From: Narcine bancroftii
Lineage: Eukaryota
DNA length: 64,000 bases
Assembly (NCBI RefSeq): GCF_036971445.1
Contig: NC_091469.1
Span: 159,278,001 to 159,342,000 of the forward strand
Reading direction: 5' to 3'
Shown: positions 1 through 11,860 of the stretch, piece after piece
How the letters are laid out: each line of letters starts with the position of its first letter
Numbering within the stretch: position 1 is the first letter of the stretch
Position numbers and translations under genes: made by a program
Notes under the pieces: model-generated
The model's input: only the letters and a program-made list of their open reading frames with translations
Database searches by the model: none
Told to the model about the DNA's origin: nothing

Positions 1-2846
1 GGTATTTGATAATTTATTTTATTTCTTTCTACATGAATCTTCTTCCATATATTGAGGAGATGGTGTAATACTGGAGAAGTTCTATGTTGTACCAATTTTT
101 CGTCCCATTTATATAATATGTGTTCAGGTATCTTTTCCCCTATTTTATCTAATTCTAGTCTCGTCCAGTCTGGTTTTTCCCTTGTTTGATAAAAATCTGA
201 TAGGTACCTTAATTGTGCGGCTCTATAATAATTTTTGAAGTTTGGCAATTGTAAGCCTCCTTGTTTATACCATTCTGTTAATTTATCTAGTGCTATCCTC
301 GGTTTCCCCCCTCTCCATAAAAATCTCCTTATTATTTTCTTTAACTCTTTGAAGAATTTTTCTGTCAGTTGTATTGGCAATGCCTGAAATAAGTATAGTA
401 TCCTTGGAAAAATGTTCATTTTAATACAGTTTATCCTTCCTATCAGTGTTAGTGGTAGCTCTTTCCAATGCTCTAAATCGTCCTGTAATTTTTTCATTAG
501 TGGATTGTAATTGAGTTTATATAATTGGCCTAGATTTTTGTTTATTTGCACACCTAGGTATCTTATTGCCTGCATTTGCCATCTGAATGGGGATTCCTCC
601 TTAAATTTTGAGAAATCCGCGTTATTCATAGGCATTGCTTCACTTTTATTTACGTTTATCTTGTATCCCGACACTTCTCCATATTCCTTCAATTTCTTAT
701 ATAGTTCTTTTATTGATAGTTCTGGTTCTGTTAAGTACACTATCACATCATCCGCAAATAGACTGATTTTATATTCCCTGTCTTTTATTTTTATTCCTTT
801 TATATTATTATCTATTCTTATCGATTCTGCTAGTGGTTCTATAGCTAGCGCAAACAATAATGGTGATAGTGGGCATCCCTGCCGCGTTGACCTGCTTAAG
901 TTAAATTGCTTTGATACATGTCCATTTACTGTCACGTTCGCTAACGGTCCCTCATATAATGCTTTAATCCAATTAATATACTTCTCCGGTAAACTGAATT
1001 TTTGCAATACTTTGAACAAGTAATTCCATTCTACTCTGTCGAAGGCCTTCTCTGCGTCTAAAGCAACTGCTACTGCCGGTGCTTTATTTCCTTCTACTGC
1101 ATGAATTAAGTTAATAAATTTACAAATATTGTCTGTTGTGCGTCTTTTTTTGATAAATCCAGTTTGGTCTAAATTTACCATTTTCGGTACCTGTTCTGCT
1201 AATCTGTTTGCTAATAGTTTAGGTATTATCTTATAATCTGTGTTTAGCAGCGATATTGGTCTATATGACGCTGGTGAGAGTGGATCTTTCCCTTGTTTTA
1301 GTATCACTGTAATTATTGCTGTTTTACATGAATCTGGTAAGTTTTGTGTCTCATCAATCTGGTTGATTACATCCAGGAGGGGCGGTATTATTAGATCTTT
1401 AAATGTTTTGTAGAATTCTATTGGGAGTCCATCCTCTCCTGGTGTCTTATTATTTGGTAATTTTTTTATTATCTCTTGTATTTCTACTGTTCCAAATGGT
1501 TCTGTTAATTTATTTTGTTCCTCTATTTGTAGTTTTGGTAGTTCAATTTTAGTCAAAAATTCATCCATTTTCCCTTCTTTCCCTTCGTTTTCAGTTCGGT
1601 ATAATTGTTCATAGAATTCTCTGAAGTTTTCCTTAATTTCTTTTGGATTATATGTAATTTGTTTGTCTTTTTTCCTTGTTGCCAATACCATTTTCTTAGT
1701 TTGCTCTGTCTTAAGCTGCCATGCTAAGATTTTGTGTGTTTTTTCACCTAGTTCATAATATTTCTGTTTTGTCTTCATTATATTCTTCTCCACCTTATAT
1801 GTTTGTAATGTTTCATATTTTATTTTTTTATCCGCCAATTCTCTTCTTTTGGTTGTATCTTCCTTTATTGCTAATTTTTTTTCTATATTTATTATTTCCC
1901 TTTCCAACTGCTCTGTTTCCTGATTATAGTCCTTCTTCATCTTGGTTGCATAACTTATTATTTGTCCTCTAATGAATGCTTTCATTGCGTCCCATAGTAT
2001 AAACTTATCTTCCACTGATTCCGTATTTACTTCAAAGTACATTTTTAATTGTTTTTCAATAAATTCTCTAAAATCCTGTCTTTTAAGTAGCATGGGGTTT
2101 AATCTCCATCTATACATTCTTGGAGGGATGTCCTCTAGCTCTATTGCCAATAACAGGGGTGAGTGGTCCGATAATAGTCTAGCTTTATATTCCGTTTTCC
2201 TAACTCTCCCTTGAATGTGGGCTGATAACAGGAATAGGTCTATCCTTGAGTATGTTTTATGTCTAGTCGAGTAGTATGAGTATTCCTTTTCCTTTGGGTT
2301 TTGTTTCCTCCATATGTCCACAAGTTTCATTTCTTGCATTGATTTAATTATAAATTTGGTTACTTTGTTCTTCCTGTTAATTTTTTTCCCCGTTTTATCC
2401 ATATTTGGATCCAAATTCAGATTGAAATCCCCTCCTATTAGTATGTTCCCTTGCGTATTAGCTACCTTCAAAAAGATATCTTGCATAAACTTTTGATCTT
2501 CTTCGTTAGGTGAATATATATTAAGTAGATTCCAAAGCTCCGAATATATCTGACATTTTATCATAACATATCTCCCTGCTGGATCTATTATTTCCTCTTC
2601 TATTTTAAATGGCACATTTTTGCTAATTAATATAGCCACTCCTTTTGCTTTTGAATTATACGATGCTGCTGTTACATGTCCTACCCAATCTCTCTTTAAT
2701 TTCTTGTGCTCCAATTCAGTTAAGTGTGTTTCTTGGACAAATGCTATATCTATTTTTTCCTTTTTCAGTAAATTTAGTAGTTTCTTCCTTTTAATTTGGT
2801 TATGTATTCCATTAATATTTAGAGTCATATAGTTCAGCGTAGCCAT
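1..2846 (-). CDS. L1 ORF2p (endonuclease-reverse transcriptase), 3'-partial
   Basis: ATG at 2846-2844. The frame at the window edge (LLNIWKKIHVERNKINYQIP) is the same as the start frame. Absent from the ORF track, consistent with no stop before the edge, though not every codon was checked. Confidence 0.85.
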   Translation of the reverse strand, partial: MATLNYMTLNINGIHNQIKRKKLLNLLKKEKIDIAFVQETHLTELEHKKLKRDWVGHVTAASYNSKAKGVAILISKNVPFKIEEEIIDPAGRYVMIKCQIYSELWNLLNIYSPNEEDQKFMQDIFLKVANTQGNILIGGDFNLNLDPNMDKTGKKINRKNKVTKFIIKSMQEMKLVDIWRKQNPKEKEYSYYSTRHKTYSRIDLFLLSAHIQGRVRKTEYKARLLSDHSPLLLAIELEDIPPRMYRWRLNPMLLKRQDFREFIEKQLKMYFEVNTESVEDKFILWDAMKAFIRGQIISYATKMKKDYNQETEQLEREIINIEKKLAIKEDTTKRRELADKKIKYETLQTYKVEKNIMKTKQKYYELGEKTHKILAWQLKTEQTKKMVLATRKKDKQITYNPKEIKENFREFYEQLYRTENEGKEGKMDEFLTKIELPKLQIEEQNKLTEPFGTVEIQEIIKKLPNNKTPGEDGLPIEFYKTFKDLIIPPLLDVINQIDETQNLPDSCKTAIITVILKQGKDPLSPASYRPISLLNTDYKIIPKLLANRLAEQVPKMVNLDQTGFIKKRRTTDNICKFINLIHAVEGNKAPAVAVALDAEKAFDRVEWNYLFKVLQKFSLPEKYINWIKALYEGPLANVTVNGHVSKQFNLSRSTRQGCPLSPLLFALAIEPLAESIRIDNNIKGIKIKDREYKISLFADDVIVYLTEPELSIKELYKKLKEYGEVSGYKINVNKSEAMPMNNADFSKFKEESPFRWQMQAIRYLGVQINKNLGQLYKLNYNPLMKKLQDDLEHWKELPLTLIGRINCIKMNIFPRILYLFQALPIQLTEKFFKELKKIIRRFLWRGGKPRIALDKLTEWYKQGGLQLPNFKNYYRAAQLRYLSDFYQTREKPDWTRLELDKIGEKIPEHILYKWDEKLVQHRTSPVLHHLLNIWKKIHVERNKINYQI

Positions 2847-3445
2847 TTTATATTTTGTTTATCTTCTCTTTCCGTTTTTCCATCATTACCTTTCCTCCTT
2901 TTCCATTTCTGTTTTCTTATTTTCAACTCTTTACCAGACAACATTCCTACAACATCCAACATTTTCCTTATTCTCCTATTTCTATCTTCTTTATCCCCAA
3001 TCTCCCCTTCCCCTCCTGAGTTGTCCTTTATCCCTTGTCGGACAACCACATCTCCCCTCTCCATTTGGATTTGCGAATCCACTCGCAAGCGTCAACTGAT
3101 TTTGCAGTGACCGCTCATTTCCTCCACCCAGCCCCCCCCAGAAAAGATTTCACTTTTTATATGTCACAAAGGTCACTCTTTTAATTCCCTCCTTATTCTC
3201 TCTATTCCATTACCTTCCCTTATTAATTCTTGTCTATACTATCTATGTTTTCCTCTAATTACAGATACTTTCATGATTGCCCATTGTCTCTATTCACTCT
3301 TATACCTCTTTACCCGCATACATATCAATCGTGGTCATTTTTACCCTCATTACCCGTCTTCATCACTCAGTCTATTTTTGTCTTTACCCACATACATATC
3401 AATCGTGATCAATTTTGCTCTCATTACCCGTCTTCATCCCTCAGT

Positions 3446-4291
3446 CTATTTTTGTAATTGTTCTGCAAATTTTCGTGCTTCTTCTGGATCCGAGAACAGT
3501 CTGTTTTGTTGTCCTGGAATAAATATTTTCAATACCGCAGGATGCTTCAGTGTAAATTTATATCCTTTCTTCCATAAAATCGCTTTTGCTGTATTGAACT
3601 CTTTTCTCTTCTTTAGGATTTCAAGGCTTATATCTGGATAAATGAAGATTTTTTGCCCTTTATACTCCAGTGGTATGTTGCCCTCTCTTACTTTTTCCAT
3701 TGTCTTCTCCAGTACCTTTTCTCTTGTAGTATATCTTAGGAATTTTACTACAATAGATCTTGGTTTTTGTTGTGGTTGTGGTTTAGGGGCCAATGCTCTA
3801 TGTGCCCTTTCTATTTCCATTTCTTGCTGTAGTTCTGGACATCCTAGGGCCTTAGGGATCCATTCTTTTATAAACTCCCTCATATTCTTGCCTTCTTCAT
3901 CTTCCTTAAGGCCTACTATCTTTATGTTATTTCTTCTGTTATAATTTTCCATTATATCTATTTTTTGGGCTAGTAATTCTTGTGTCTCTTTAGTTTTTTT
4001 ATTAGATACCTCCAATTTCTTTTTTAAGTCTTCTACCTCCATTTCTGCTGCTATTGCCCGTTCTTCCATCTTGTCCATTTTTTTCCCCATTTCTGTTAAG
4101 GTCATATCCATTTTATTTATTTTCTTTTCTGTGTTGTTTATTCTTTTTCTTAAATCATTGAATTCCTGTGTTTGCCATTCTTTAAATGACTCCATGTATC
4201 CTCTAACAAGAGCAAGTATATCCTTTACCTTGCCTTTCCCTGTATCTATTTCACTGTATTCTTCCTCTTCTTCTTCCTCTGGGTTGACCAT
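3446..4291 (-). CDS. L1 ORF1p (coiled coil, RRM, C-terminal domain)
   Basis: 281-aa ORF with heptad-rich N-terminus and RRNNIKIVGLKE, IERAHR, PRSIVVKF and IYPDIS motifs typical of L1 ORF1. Confidence 0.9.
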   Translation of the reverse strand: MVNPEEEEEEEYSEIDTGKGKVKDILALVRGYMESFKEWQTQEFNDLRKRINNTEKKINKMDMTLTEMGKKMDKMEERAIAAEMEVEDLKKKLEVSNKKTKETQELLAQKIDIMENYNRRNNIKIVGLKEDEEGKNMREFIKEWIPKALGCPELQQEMEIERAHRALAPKPQPQQKPRSIVVKFLRYTTREKVLEKTMEKVREGNIPLEYKGQKIFIYPDISLEILKKRKEFNTAKAILWKKGYKFTLKHPAVLKIFIPGQQNRLFSDPEEARKFAEQLQK

Positions 4292-6221
4292 CTGTTGTTT
4301 CTTTGATGCCCTTTCCTCCTCTTCTTTCTTGTTTCCATTGTCTTCTGTGGTCTCTTCTTGCTGCAGGTGTTCTGCAGCTGTCGTTGCCGGCTGTGGAGAT
4401 CGACTCCCCAGCTGGTCCCCCCTCCCGTCGGTGTGTTTTTTTTCATGCGTGGTTGCGCACTTTTACTCGGCTCTGTGAGCCATTGTTGTAGTTCTTTTTC
4501 TACCGACCTGAGGTAGTGGGGTCCTCTCTCCACAGCGGGCCTCTTCGGACAGGTAAGGCCTTCACCTTTTTCCTCCGTTGTCTTCTCTTCCTCTCTTCTT
4601 TCCGTTGATTTTGATTTTTCTCCTTTTGTCTCCATCTTCTTTCCACCTTAAAACTCACTTTTCTTTAACTTGTATTTCTGTGCCTTTGTATTTTCTCTTG
4701 TTTTTCCCGACTTTTCTGGAGAGGGCTGGAGTTCTCCGTCCGGCCACTACTCCATCACGTGACTCCTCAGCTCGTATGCAAGATAGAGTAAGAAAAACAG
4801 AATATAAAGCTAGAATATTATCGGACCATTCACCCTTAATATTGACAGTAGAGTTAGAGGACATCCCTCCAAGAATGTATAGATGGAGATTAAACTCCAT
4901 GCTACTCAAAAGGCAGGATTTTAGAGAATTCATTGAAAGACAAATTAAAATGTATTTTGAAATAAATACGGAATCAATGAAAGATGTTTATATTATGGGA
5001 TGCAATGAAAGCATTCATTAGAGGGCAAATAATAAGTTATGTAACCAAGATGAAGAAGGACTATAATCAGGAAACAGAGCAGTTGGAAAGGGAAATAGTA
5101 AATATAGAAAAAGAATTAGCAATGAAGGAAGATACAACTAAAAGAAAAGAATTGGCAGATAAAAAAATAAAATATGAAACATTACAAACATATAAGGTGG
5201 AGAAGAACATAATGAAGACAAAACAGAAATATTATGAACTTGGGGAAAAAACGCACAAAATTCTAGCATGGCAGCTTAAGACAGAACAAGCTAAGAAAAT
5301 GGTATTGGCATCAAGGAAAAAAGAGAAACAAATCACATATAATCCAAAGGAGATCAAGAAAAATTTTAGAGAATTCTATGAACAATTATACCAAACTGAA
5401 AACGAAGGGAAAGAAGGGAAAATAGATGAACTTTTAACTAAAATTGAACTACCAAAATTACAAATAGAGGAACAAAATAAATTAACAGAACCATTTGAAA
5501 TAGTAGAAATACAAGAGATAATAAAAAAACTACCAAATAATAAAACACCAGGAGAGGATGGATGCCCAATAGAATTCTCTAAAACATTTAAAGATTTATT
5601 AATTCCGCCCCTCCTGGAAGTAATCCACCAGATTGATAAAACACAAAGCTTACCAGATTCATGTAAAACAGCAATAATTACAGTAATACTAAAGCAAGGG
5701 AAAGATCCACTCGCACCAGCGTCATATAGACCAATATCATTACTTAACACAGATTATAAGATAATAGCTAAACTATTAGCAAACAGATTAGCAGAGTATG
5801 TACCGAAAATGGTAAATCTAGACCAAACTGGATTTATCAAAAAAAGACGCACAACAGACAATATTTGTAAATCTATTAACTTAATTCATGCAGTAGAAGG
5901 GAGTAAAGCGCCAACAGTAGCAGTTGCATTAGACACAGAGAAGGCCTTTGACAGAGTAGAATGGAATTATTTATTCAAAGTATTGCAAAAATTCAGTTTA
6001 CCAGAGAAGTATATTAATTGGATTAAAGCATTATATAAGGGACCATTGGCGAAAGTGACAGTAAATGGATATATATCAAAGCAATTTAACTTAAGCAGAT
6101 CAACAAGGCAGGGATGCCCACTATCACCCTTACTGTTTGCGTTAGCTATAGAACCACTAGCAGAATTGATAAGAACAGAAAATAATATAAAAGGGATAAA
6201 AATAAAAGACAAGGAATATAA

Positions 6222-7109
6222 CATAACATAACATAACAATTACAGCACGGAAACAGGCCATTAGGCCCTTCTAGTCCGCACTGAACCAAACACCCCTTTC
6301 TCGTCCCACCTCCCTGCACAATGCCCATAACCCTCCATCTTCTTCTCATCCATATACCTGTCCAACCTTTTCTTAAATAATACAATTGACTCCGCCGCCA
6401 CTATTTCTCCCGGAAGATCATTCCACACGGCTACCACTCTCTGAGTAAAGAGGTTCCCCCTCATGTTACCTCTAAACCTCTGCCCCTTAATTCTTAACTC
6501 ATGTCCTCTTGTTTTAATCTTTCCTCCTCTTAACGGAAATAGTCTATCCACATCCACTCTGTCTATCCCTTTCATAATCTTAAATACTTCTATCAAATCC
6601 CCTCTCAACCTTCTACGCTCCAAAGAATAAAGACCCAATCTGTCCAAGCTCTCCCCATACTCCAGATGCTTAAACCCAGGCAACATTCTGGTAAACCTTC
6701 TCTGCACTCTCTCCACTCTGTTTATATCCTTCCTATAATTAGGCGACCAGAACTGCACACAGAACTCCAAATGAGGCCGCACCAACGTCTTATACAATCT
6801 CAACATCACCTCCCAACTCCTATATTCCATGCAATGATTGATAAAGGCCAGCATACTAAAAGCCTTCTTCACCACCCTATTCACGTGAGTTTCTACCTTC
6901 AGGGAACGATGTACCGTTACTCCTAAATCTTTCTGCTCTTCTGTATTCCTCAATACTCTCCCATTTACCACATATGTCCTATTCTGATTCTTCTTACCAA
7001 AATGAAGCACCTCACACTTATCAGCATTAAATTCCATCTGCCATTTTTCAGCCCACTTTTCTAAGCAGCCCAAATCCCTCTGCAATCCTTGAAAACCTTC
7101 TTCATTATC
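6222..7109 (-). mobile_element. 5'-truncated CR1-clade LINE nested in L1-B
   Basis: ORF 6261-7085 is a CR1 RT C-terminus (WQMEFNADKC, LVRPHLEFCVQFWSP, LYSLERRRLRGDLIE). (GTTAT)n tail at 6222-6237. L1-B resumes in register at ATCAGTTTATTTG. Confidence 0.93.
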
Positions 7110-7603
7110 AGTTTATTTGTGGATGATGTTATAGTATACTTAATAGAACCAGAACTATCAATAAAAGAATTATATAAGAAATTGAAGGAATATGGAGAAG
7201 TGTCGGGTTACAAGATCAACGTAAATAAAAGTGAAGCAATGCCAATGAATAATGCGGATTTCTCAAAATTTAAGAAGGAATCACCATTCAGATGGCAAAT
7301 GCAAGCAATAAGATACCTAGGTATACAAATAAATAAAAATCTCGGCCATCTATATAAACTCAATTATTATCCACTAATGAAAAAATTACAGGACAATTTA
7401 GAGCATTGGAAAGATTTACCATTAACACTAATAGGAAGGATAAACTGTATTAAAATGTACATTTTCCAAAGGATATTATACCTATTTCAGGCATTGCCAA
7501 TATACTTGACAGAGAAATTCTTCAAGGAGTTAAAGAAAATAATAAGGAAATTTTTATGGAAAGGGGGCAAACCGAGGATAGCACTAGATAAATTAACAGA
7601 ATG

Positions 7604-8622
7604 AGAAACTTGTCCGTGAACTACTCTTTGCAGACGATGCCGCTTTAGTTGCCCATTCAGGCCCAGCTCTTCAGCGTTTGACGTCCTGTTTTGCGGAAAC
7701 TGCCAAAATGTTTGGCCTGGAAGTCAGCCTGAAGAAAACGGAGGTCCTCCATCAGCCAGCTTCCCACCATGACTACCAGCCCCCCCACATCTCCATTGGG
7801 CACACAAAACTCAAAACGGTCAACCAGTTTACCTATCTCGGCTGCACCATTTCATCAGATGCAAGGATCGACAATGAGATAGACAACAGACTCGCCAAGG
7901 CAAATAGCGCCTTTGGAAGACTACACAAAAGAGTCTGGAAAAACAACCAACTGAAAAACCTCACAAAGATAAGCGTATACAGAGCCGTTGTCATACTCCT
8001 GTTGTTCGTTGTCGAACTCCTGTTCGGCTCCGAATCATGGGTCCTCTACCGGCATCACCTACGGCTCCTAGAACGCTTCCACCAGCGTTGTCTCCGCTCC
8101 ATCCTCAACATTCATTGGAGCGCTTTCATCCCTAACGTCGAAGTACTCGAGATGGCCGAGGTCGACAGCATCGAGTCCACGCTGCTGAAGATCCAGCTGT
8201 GCTGGGTGGGTAACGTCTCCAGAATGGAGGACCATCGCCTTCCCAAGATCGTGTTATATGGCGAGCTCTCCACTGGCCACCGTGACAGAGGTGCACCAAA
8301 GAAAAGGTACAAGGACTGCCTAAAGAAATCTCTTGGTGCCTGCCACATTGACCACCGCCAGTGGGCTGATATCGCCTCAAACCGTGCATCTTGGCGCCTC
8401 ACAGTTTGGCGGGCAGCAACCTCCTTTGAAGAAGACCGCAGAGCCCACCTCACTGACAAAAGGCAAAGGAGGAAAAACCCAACACCCAACCCCAACCAAC
8501 CAATTTTCCCCTGCAACCATGTCTGCCTGTCCCACATCGGACTTGTCAGCCACCAACGAGCCTGCAGCTGACGTGGACATTTACCCCCTCCATAAATCTT
8601 CGTCCACGAAGCCAAGCCAAAG
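7604..8622 (+). mobile_element. 5'-truncated RTE-clade LINE nested in L1-B
   Basis: VRELLFADD, FTYLG, RLAKANSAFGRL and RLPKIVLYGEL motifs plus a C-terminal Cys/His motif (ORF 7678-8571). L1-B resumes at ATAAACAAGG. Confidence 0.9.
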
Positions 8623-10129
8623 ATAAACAAGGAGGCTTACAACTGCCAAACTTTAAAAATTATTATAGAGCCGCACAATTAAGATACCTATCAGATATTT
8701 ATCAAACAAGGGAAAAGCCAGATTGGACTAGATTAGAATTAGATAAAATAGGGGAAAAGATCCTGAACACATATTATATAAATGGGATGAAAAATTGGTA
8801 CAACATAGAAGTTCTCCAGTATTACATCATCTACTCAATATTTGGAAAAAGATTCATGTAGAATGGAATAAAACAAATTATCAATTACCAAAACTAATAA
8901 TGACGCAAAATAATTTACTCCCTTTTACAATAGATAACCTTTCCTTTAGAGAATGGGAAAAAAAAGGGATCAAAAGAATAGAAAATTGTTTTTCAGGAAA
9001 TAGATTATTATCCTTTGAACAAATGAAAGATAAATACGATATAACTCAAGATACAGGGCTGGCATATTACCAACTGAGATCCTACTTGAAGGACAAATTA
9101 GGAAGTAGTCTGAGGTCACCAGAGGGAAGTAATTTTGAATATGTGATTACAGATACAATGATAATCAAAAGATTTATAACAAATATGTATATTAAACTGC
9201 AAGAAAAGGAGAATGAGGAAACAAATGGTAAAACTAAACAAAAATGGGAACAAGATTTAAATATAAAGATAAAGAAGGAAACATGGGAGAAATTATGTTC
9301 TGGAACGATGAGAAATACAATAAATACGAGGTTACGTATGATACAATATAACTGGATACACAGGCTATACATTACACCTCAAAAGTTAAATAAATGGGAC
9401 CCAACAGTATCTGATAGACATTTTCGATGTAAAAAAGAAATGGGAACAACAATTCATGCAATCTGGACATGTGAGAAATTAGAAAAATTTTGGGATGATC
9501 TCAATCAGATATTAAATAAAATAACAGAAAACAATATACCAAAGAATCCAGAGATCTTCCTCCTAAGTAACATAAAAAACAAAGAATTTGGACTTGATTT
9601 GGAGGATGCACAAAAAAGATTTGTTAGGATAGCTCTAGCCGTAGCAAAAAAATGTATTATGTCAACCTGGAAATTGGAAGATAATTTGAAAATACAACAA
9701 TGGTATATAGAAATGAATAAATGTATTCCATTAGAAAAAATAACATGTAGTTTAAGAAATAATATTGAAATATTCGAACAAATATGGGAGCCTTACATGA
9801 AACACAATAGAGAAAACCTACCAGGGACATTCACTACCTAAATTAATGAAAGGAGAAGGAAATGAAAAGAATTGACTCAGTGGGATTTCTTGTTTATTTT
9901 TATTGAATGACATTGTTTGACTGGTTTAATGTATCCTAGATTTTGTACTTTAAATGGATGGGTGGGTGGGGAGGTAGGGAGGGTGGGATGGGAGGGGGGT
10001 GAGAAAATGGCACTGTATATATTTGAAAAGGAAAAAGTATGTATCATGGTCAATGTGGTTTATGGTGTGAAAAATAAAAAATTTAAAAAAAAAGATATTA
10101 AAATTGATCATGTGTAGAAATATTCACAA

Positions 10130-10226
10130 CATTGTGTTACATTATTTTATTGTGTATTGTAATCTCTTTCGTGAATTTAAAACAGTTTAGTTATAACTGA
10201 ATTTTAATTCAAGAGTTAAAATTCCT
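10130..10226 (-). CDS. Candidate terminal exon of the Ig receptor gene (EEF-stop, short 3' UTR, AATAAA)
   Basis: Acceptor tttttcccttcAG, phase-1 compatible G|AG GAA TTT TAA (stop 10218-10216), AATAAA at 10151-10146. Left boundary is approximate. Confidence 0.4.
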
Positions 10227-10239
10227 CTGAAGGGAAAAA

Positions 10240-10550
10240 TGTGACCGATATATAGATTTGTTTTTGGGAGATAAATTGGGAAAGGTTTGTCAGTGTAGGT
10301 CATGTAAAAATATTTTTAAGCAGATCTCATTTGAAATACTGGAGCTCTGCTAATGCTAGACATATCAGCCCCACATCCTTTCCAAGAGCTTTGAGAGTGC
10401 CCAAGAGACTTCACTAATGGATTGTTTATTTACAAAAGGCAACAGATGAAAGAACACGTTGGAGCCATCTTCTGTCTGGAGTGGAGCTTACTGATCTCGG
10501 AGAGTCATGTGATTTTGTAAGCAGAGAGAGTCAAACAGGTTTCTCTCTGA

Positions 10551-10606
<56 letters not shown>

Positions 10607-11279
10607 TCAGTTCTACAGTGTTACAGGCAGCAACAGCAGCTGGGACTGGAACAGGACAAGCTGGCAAGTTTGTGGAAAACCCCATTTGGAAGATAGTCTG
10701 TGAGTGTTTAGTTCAGCCTGGTCAAAGCCCTTATGGTTCATGCAAAGGGAGAGGACTGGCTGCCTAATGTTTTACTTAAAGTACGAGAAATAAAAAGGAA
10801 CTCTGTGGTGACCTGAAAGAAATAAGTTATCATCTGGAGAACCTTGAGGGGGTAACTTTCTCCGGCAAGACACTGAAGTGGCTGGGTGTCGAGCATACAA
10901 CAAATCTCTCTGAAAACCAACAAGAACCTCTCTGAGTGGTAACTATTTACCTTTCAAGCACAAAAACATGGTGAACTTTATAAATGATAAATTCTGTGCA
11001 CAGTATAAGAATTACCTGCAACCAGTGAACTTGGAGGAATGAGAAGTGAGATTGGACTGTGAATCAAAGAACTTTTCTGAACTTCCACACACATTACATA
11101 CACATGCACTTAGAATGAGAAGGAGGTTAAGTTAGGTTAGTTAAGTCAATAGTGATAAGTTAAAATGTGATTCTGTTTTCATGTTTAAAGATAATTAAAA
11201 GCAAATTTGGTTTAAGTAACCATTTGCCTTGGTGAATATCTATTGCTGCTGGGTTTTGGGGTCCTCTGGGCTCATAACA
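10240..11279. mobile_element. Solo LTR copy 1 (~1.04 kb, TGT...ACA) with internal (CA)n
   Basis: TGTGAC...ATAACA termini; homologous to 17317-18469, 24283-25400 and 47329-48305; no coding content. Confidence 0.75.
10552..10603. repeat. (CA)n microsatellite
   Basis: Seen directly. Confidence 0.97.
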
Positions 11280-11464
11280 GCGTTTTAATTAATTCTGTTG
11301 GGAGAGGCGTCTTGTTCATGTTTCACACCTACACCATCACGCCACAACCCCCTGTATAGACAAATATTAAATGAACACTATTACAAATATTTCACCCACT
11401 CCCTCCCCCCAATACTTACAAGTTCATTCATCACAGCTCTCAGACGTTTTCTGTGCACTGATGC

Positions 11465-11860
11465 CCCTCTGGCGACCCTGTAACAGCCACTCCGTCTGCC
11501 CTATGACATCCCCTCTGACCATCCTGTGCCAACATCTCTGGCACCCCTGTGACATCCCCTCCAGCCACCCTGTGACAGCTGCTCAAGCCTTCCCTGTGAC
11601 AGACCCTCCAGCTGCCCTGTGACAGCCCCTCTGGTCATCTTGTGCTGGCACCTATGGCCACCCTGTGCTAGCCCCTATGGCCCATCCCTGTGAAAGTCCC
11701 TCTGTCACCCTGTGGCAGCCCTTCCACCCCCCCCCCCCCATGACAGTCCCGCCGACCGCATTGTGACATCCCCTCTGGCCGCCCTGTGACAGCCCCTTAG
11801 ACCGCCTTGTGCCAGCCACTCTGGCCACCCTATAACAGCCCTCCAACTATCTGTAACAGT
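11465..11860. repeat. Degenerate C-rich tandem repeat (CCCTGTGACAGCC-like); second copy at ~18655-19040
   Basis: Recurrent ccctgtgac/ccctgtg motifs. Confidence 0.65.

Larger units (their letters stand above)
1..4768 (-). mobile_element. L1-clade LINE (L1-A), 5'-complete; 3' end runs off the left edge of the window
   Basis: 5' UTR from ~4768, ORF1 at 4291-3446, ~600-bp spacer, then ORF2 from 2846 with APE endonuclease (MATLNYMTLNINGI...SDH) and RT (QGCPLS, FADD) motifs. Confidence 0.93.
4769..10093 (+). mobile_element. L1-clade LINE (L1-B), a related subfamily starting at the end of the endonuclease domain; interrupted and frameshifted
   Basis: ORF2 pieces at 4984-6231, 7107-7603 and 8623-9841 are colinear with L1-A ORF2. 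RT site reads FVDD. G-rich 3' UTR, AATAAA at 10073 and A-tail at 10085-10093. Confidence 0.92.

Noticed and set aside
511-4478. Plus-strand hydrophobic ORFs
   Set aside because: Antisense shadows of the A-rich L1 coding strand
1-10093. A single twin-primed inverted L1
   Set aside because: The arms overlap in content and differ at many positions, so they are separate insertions
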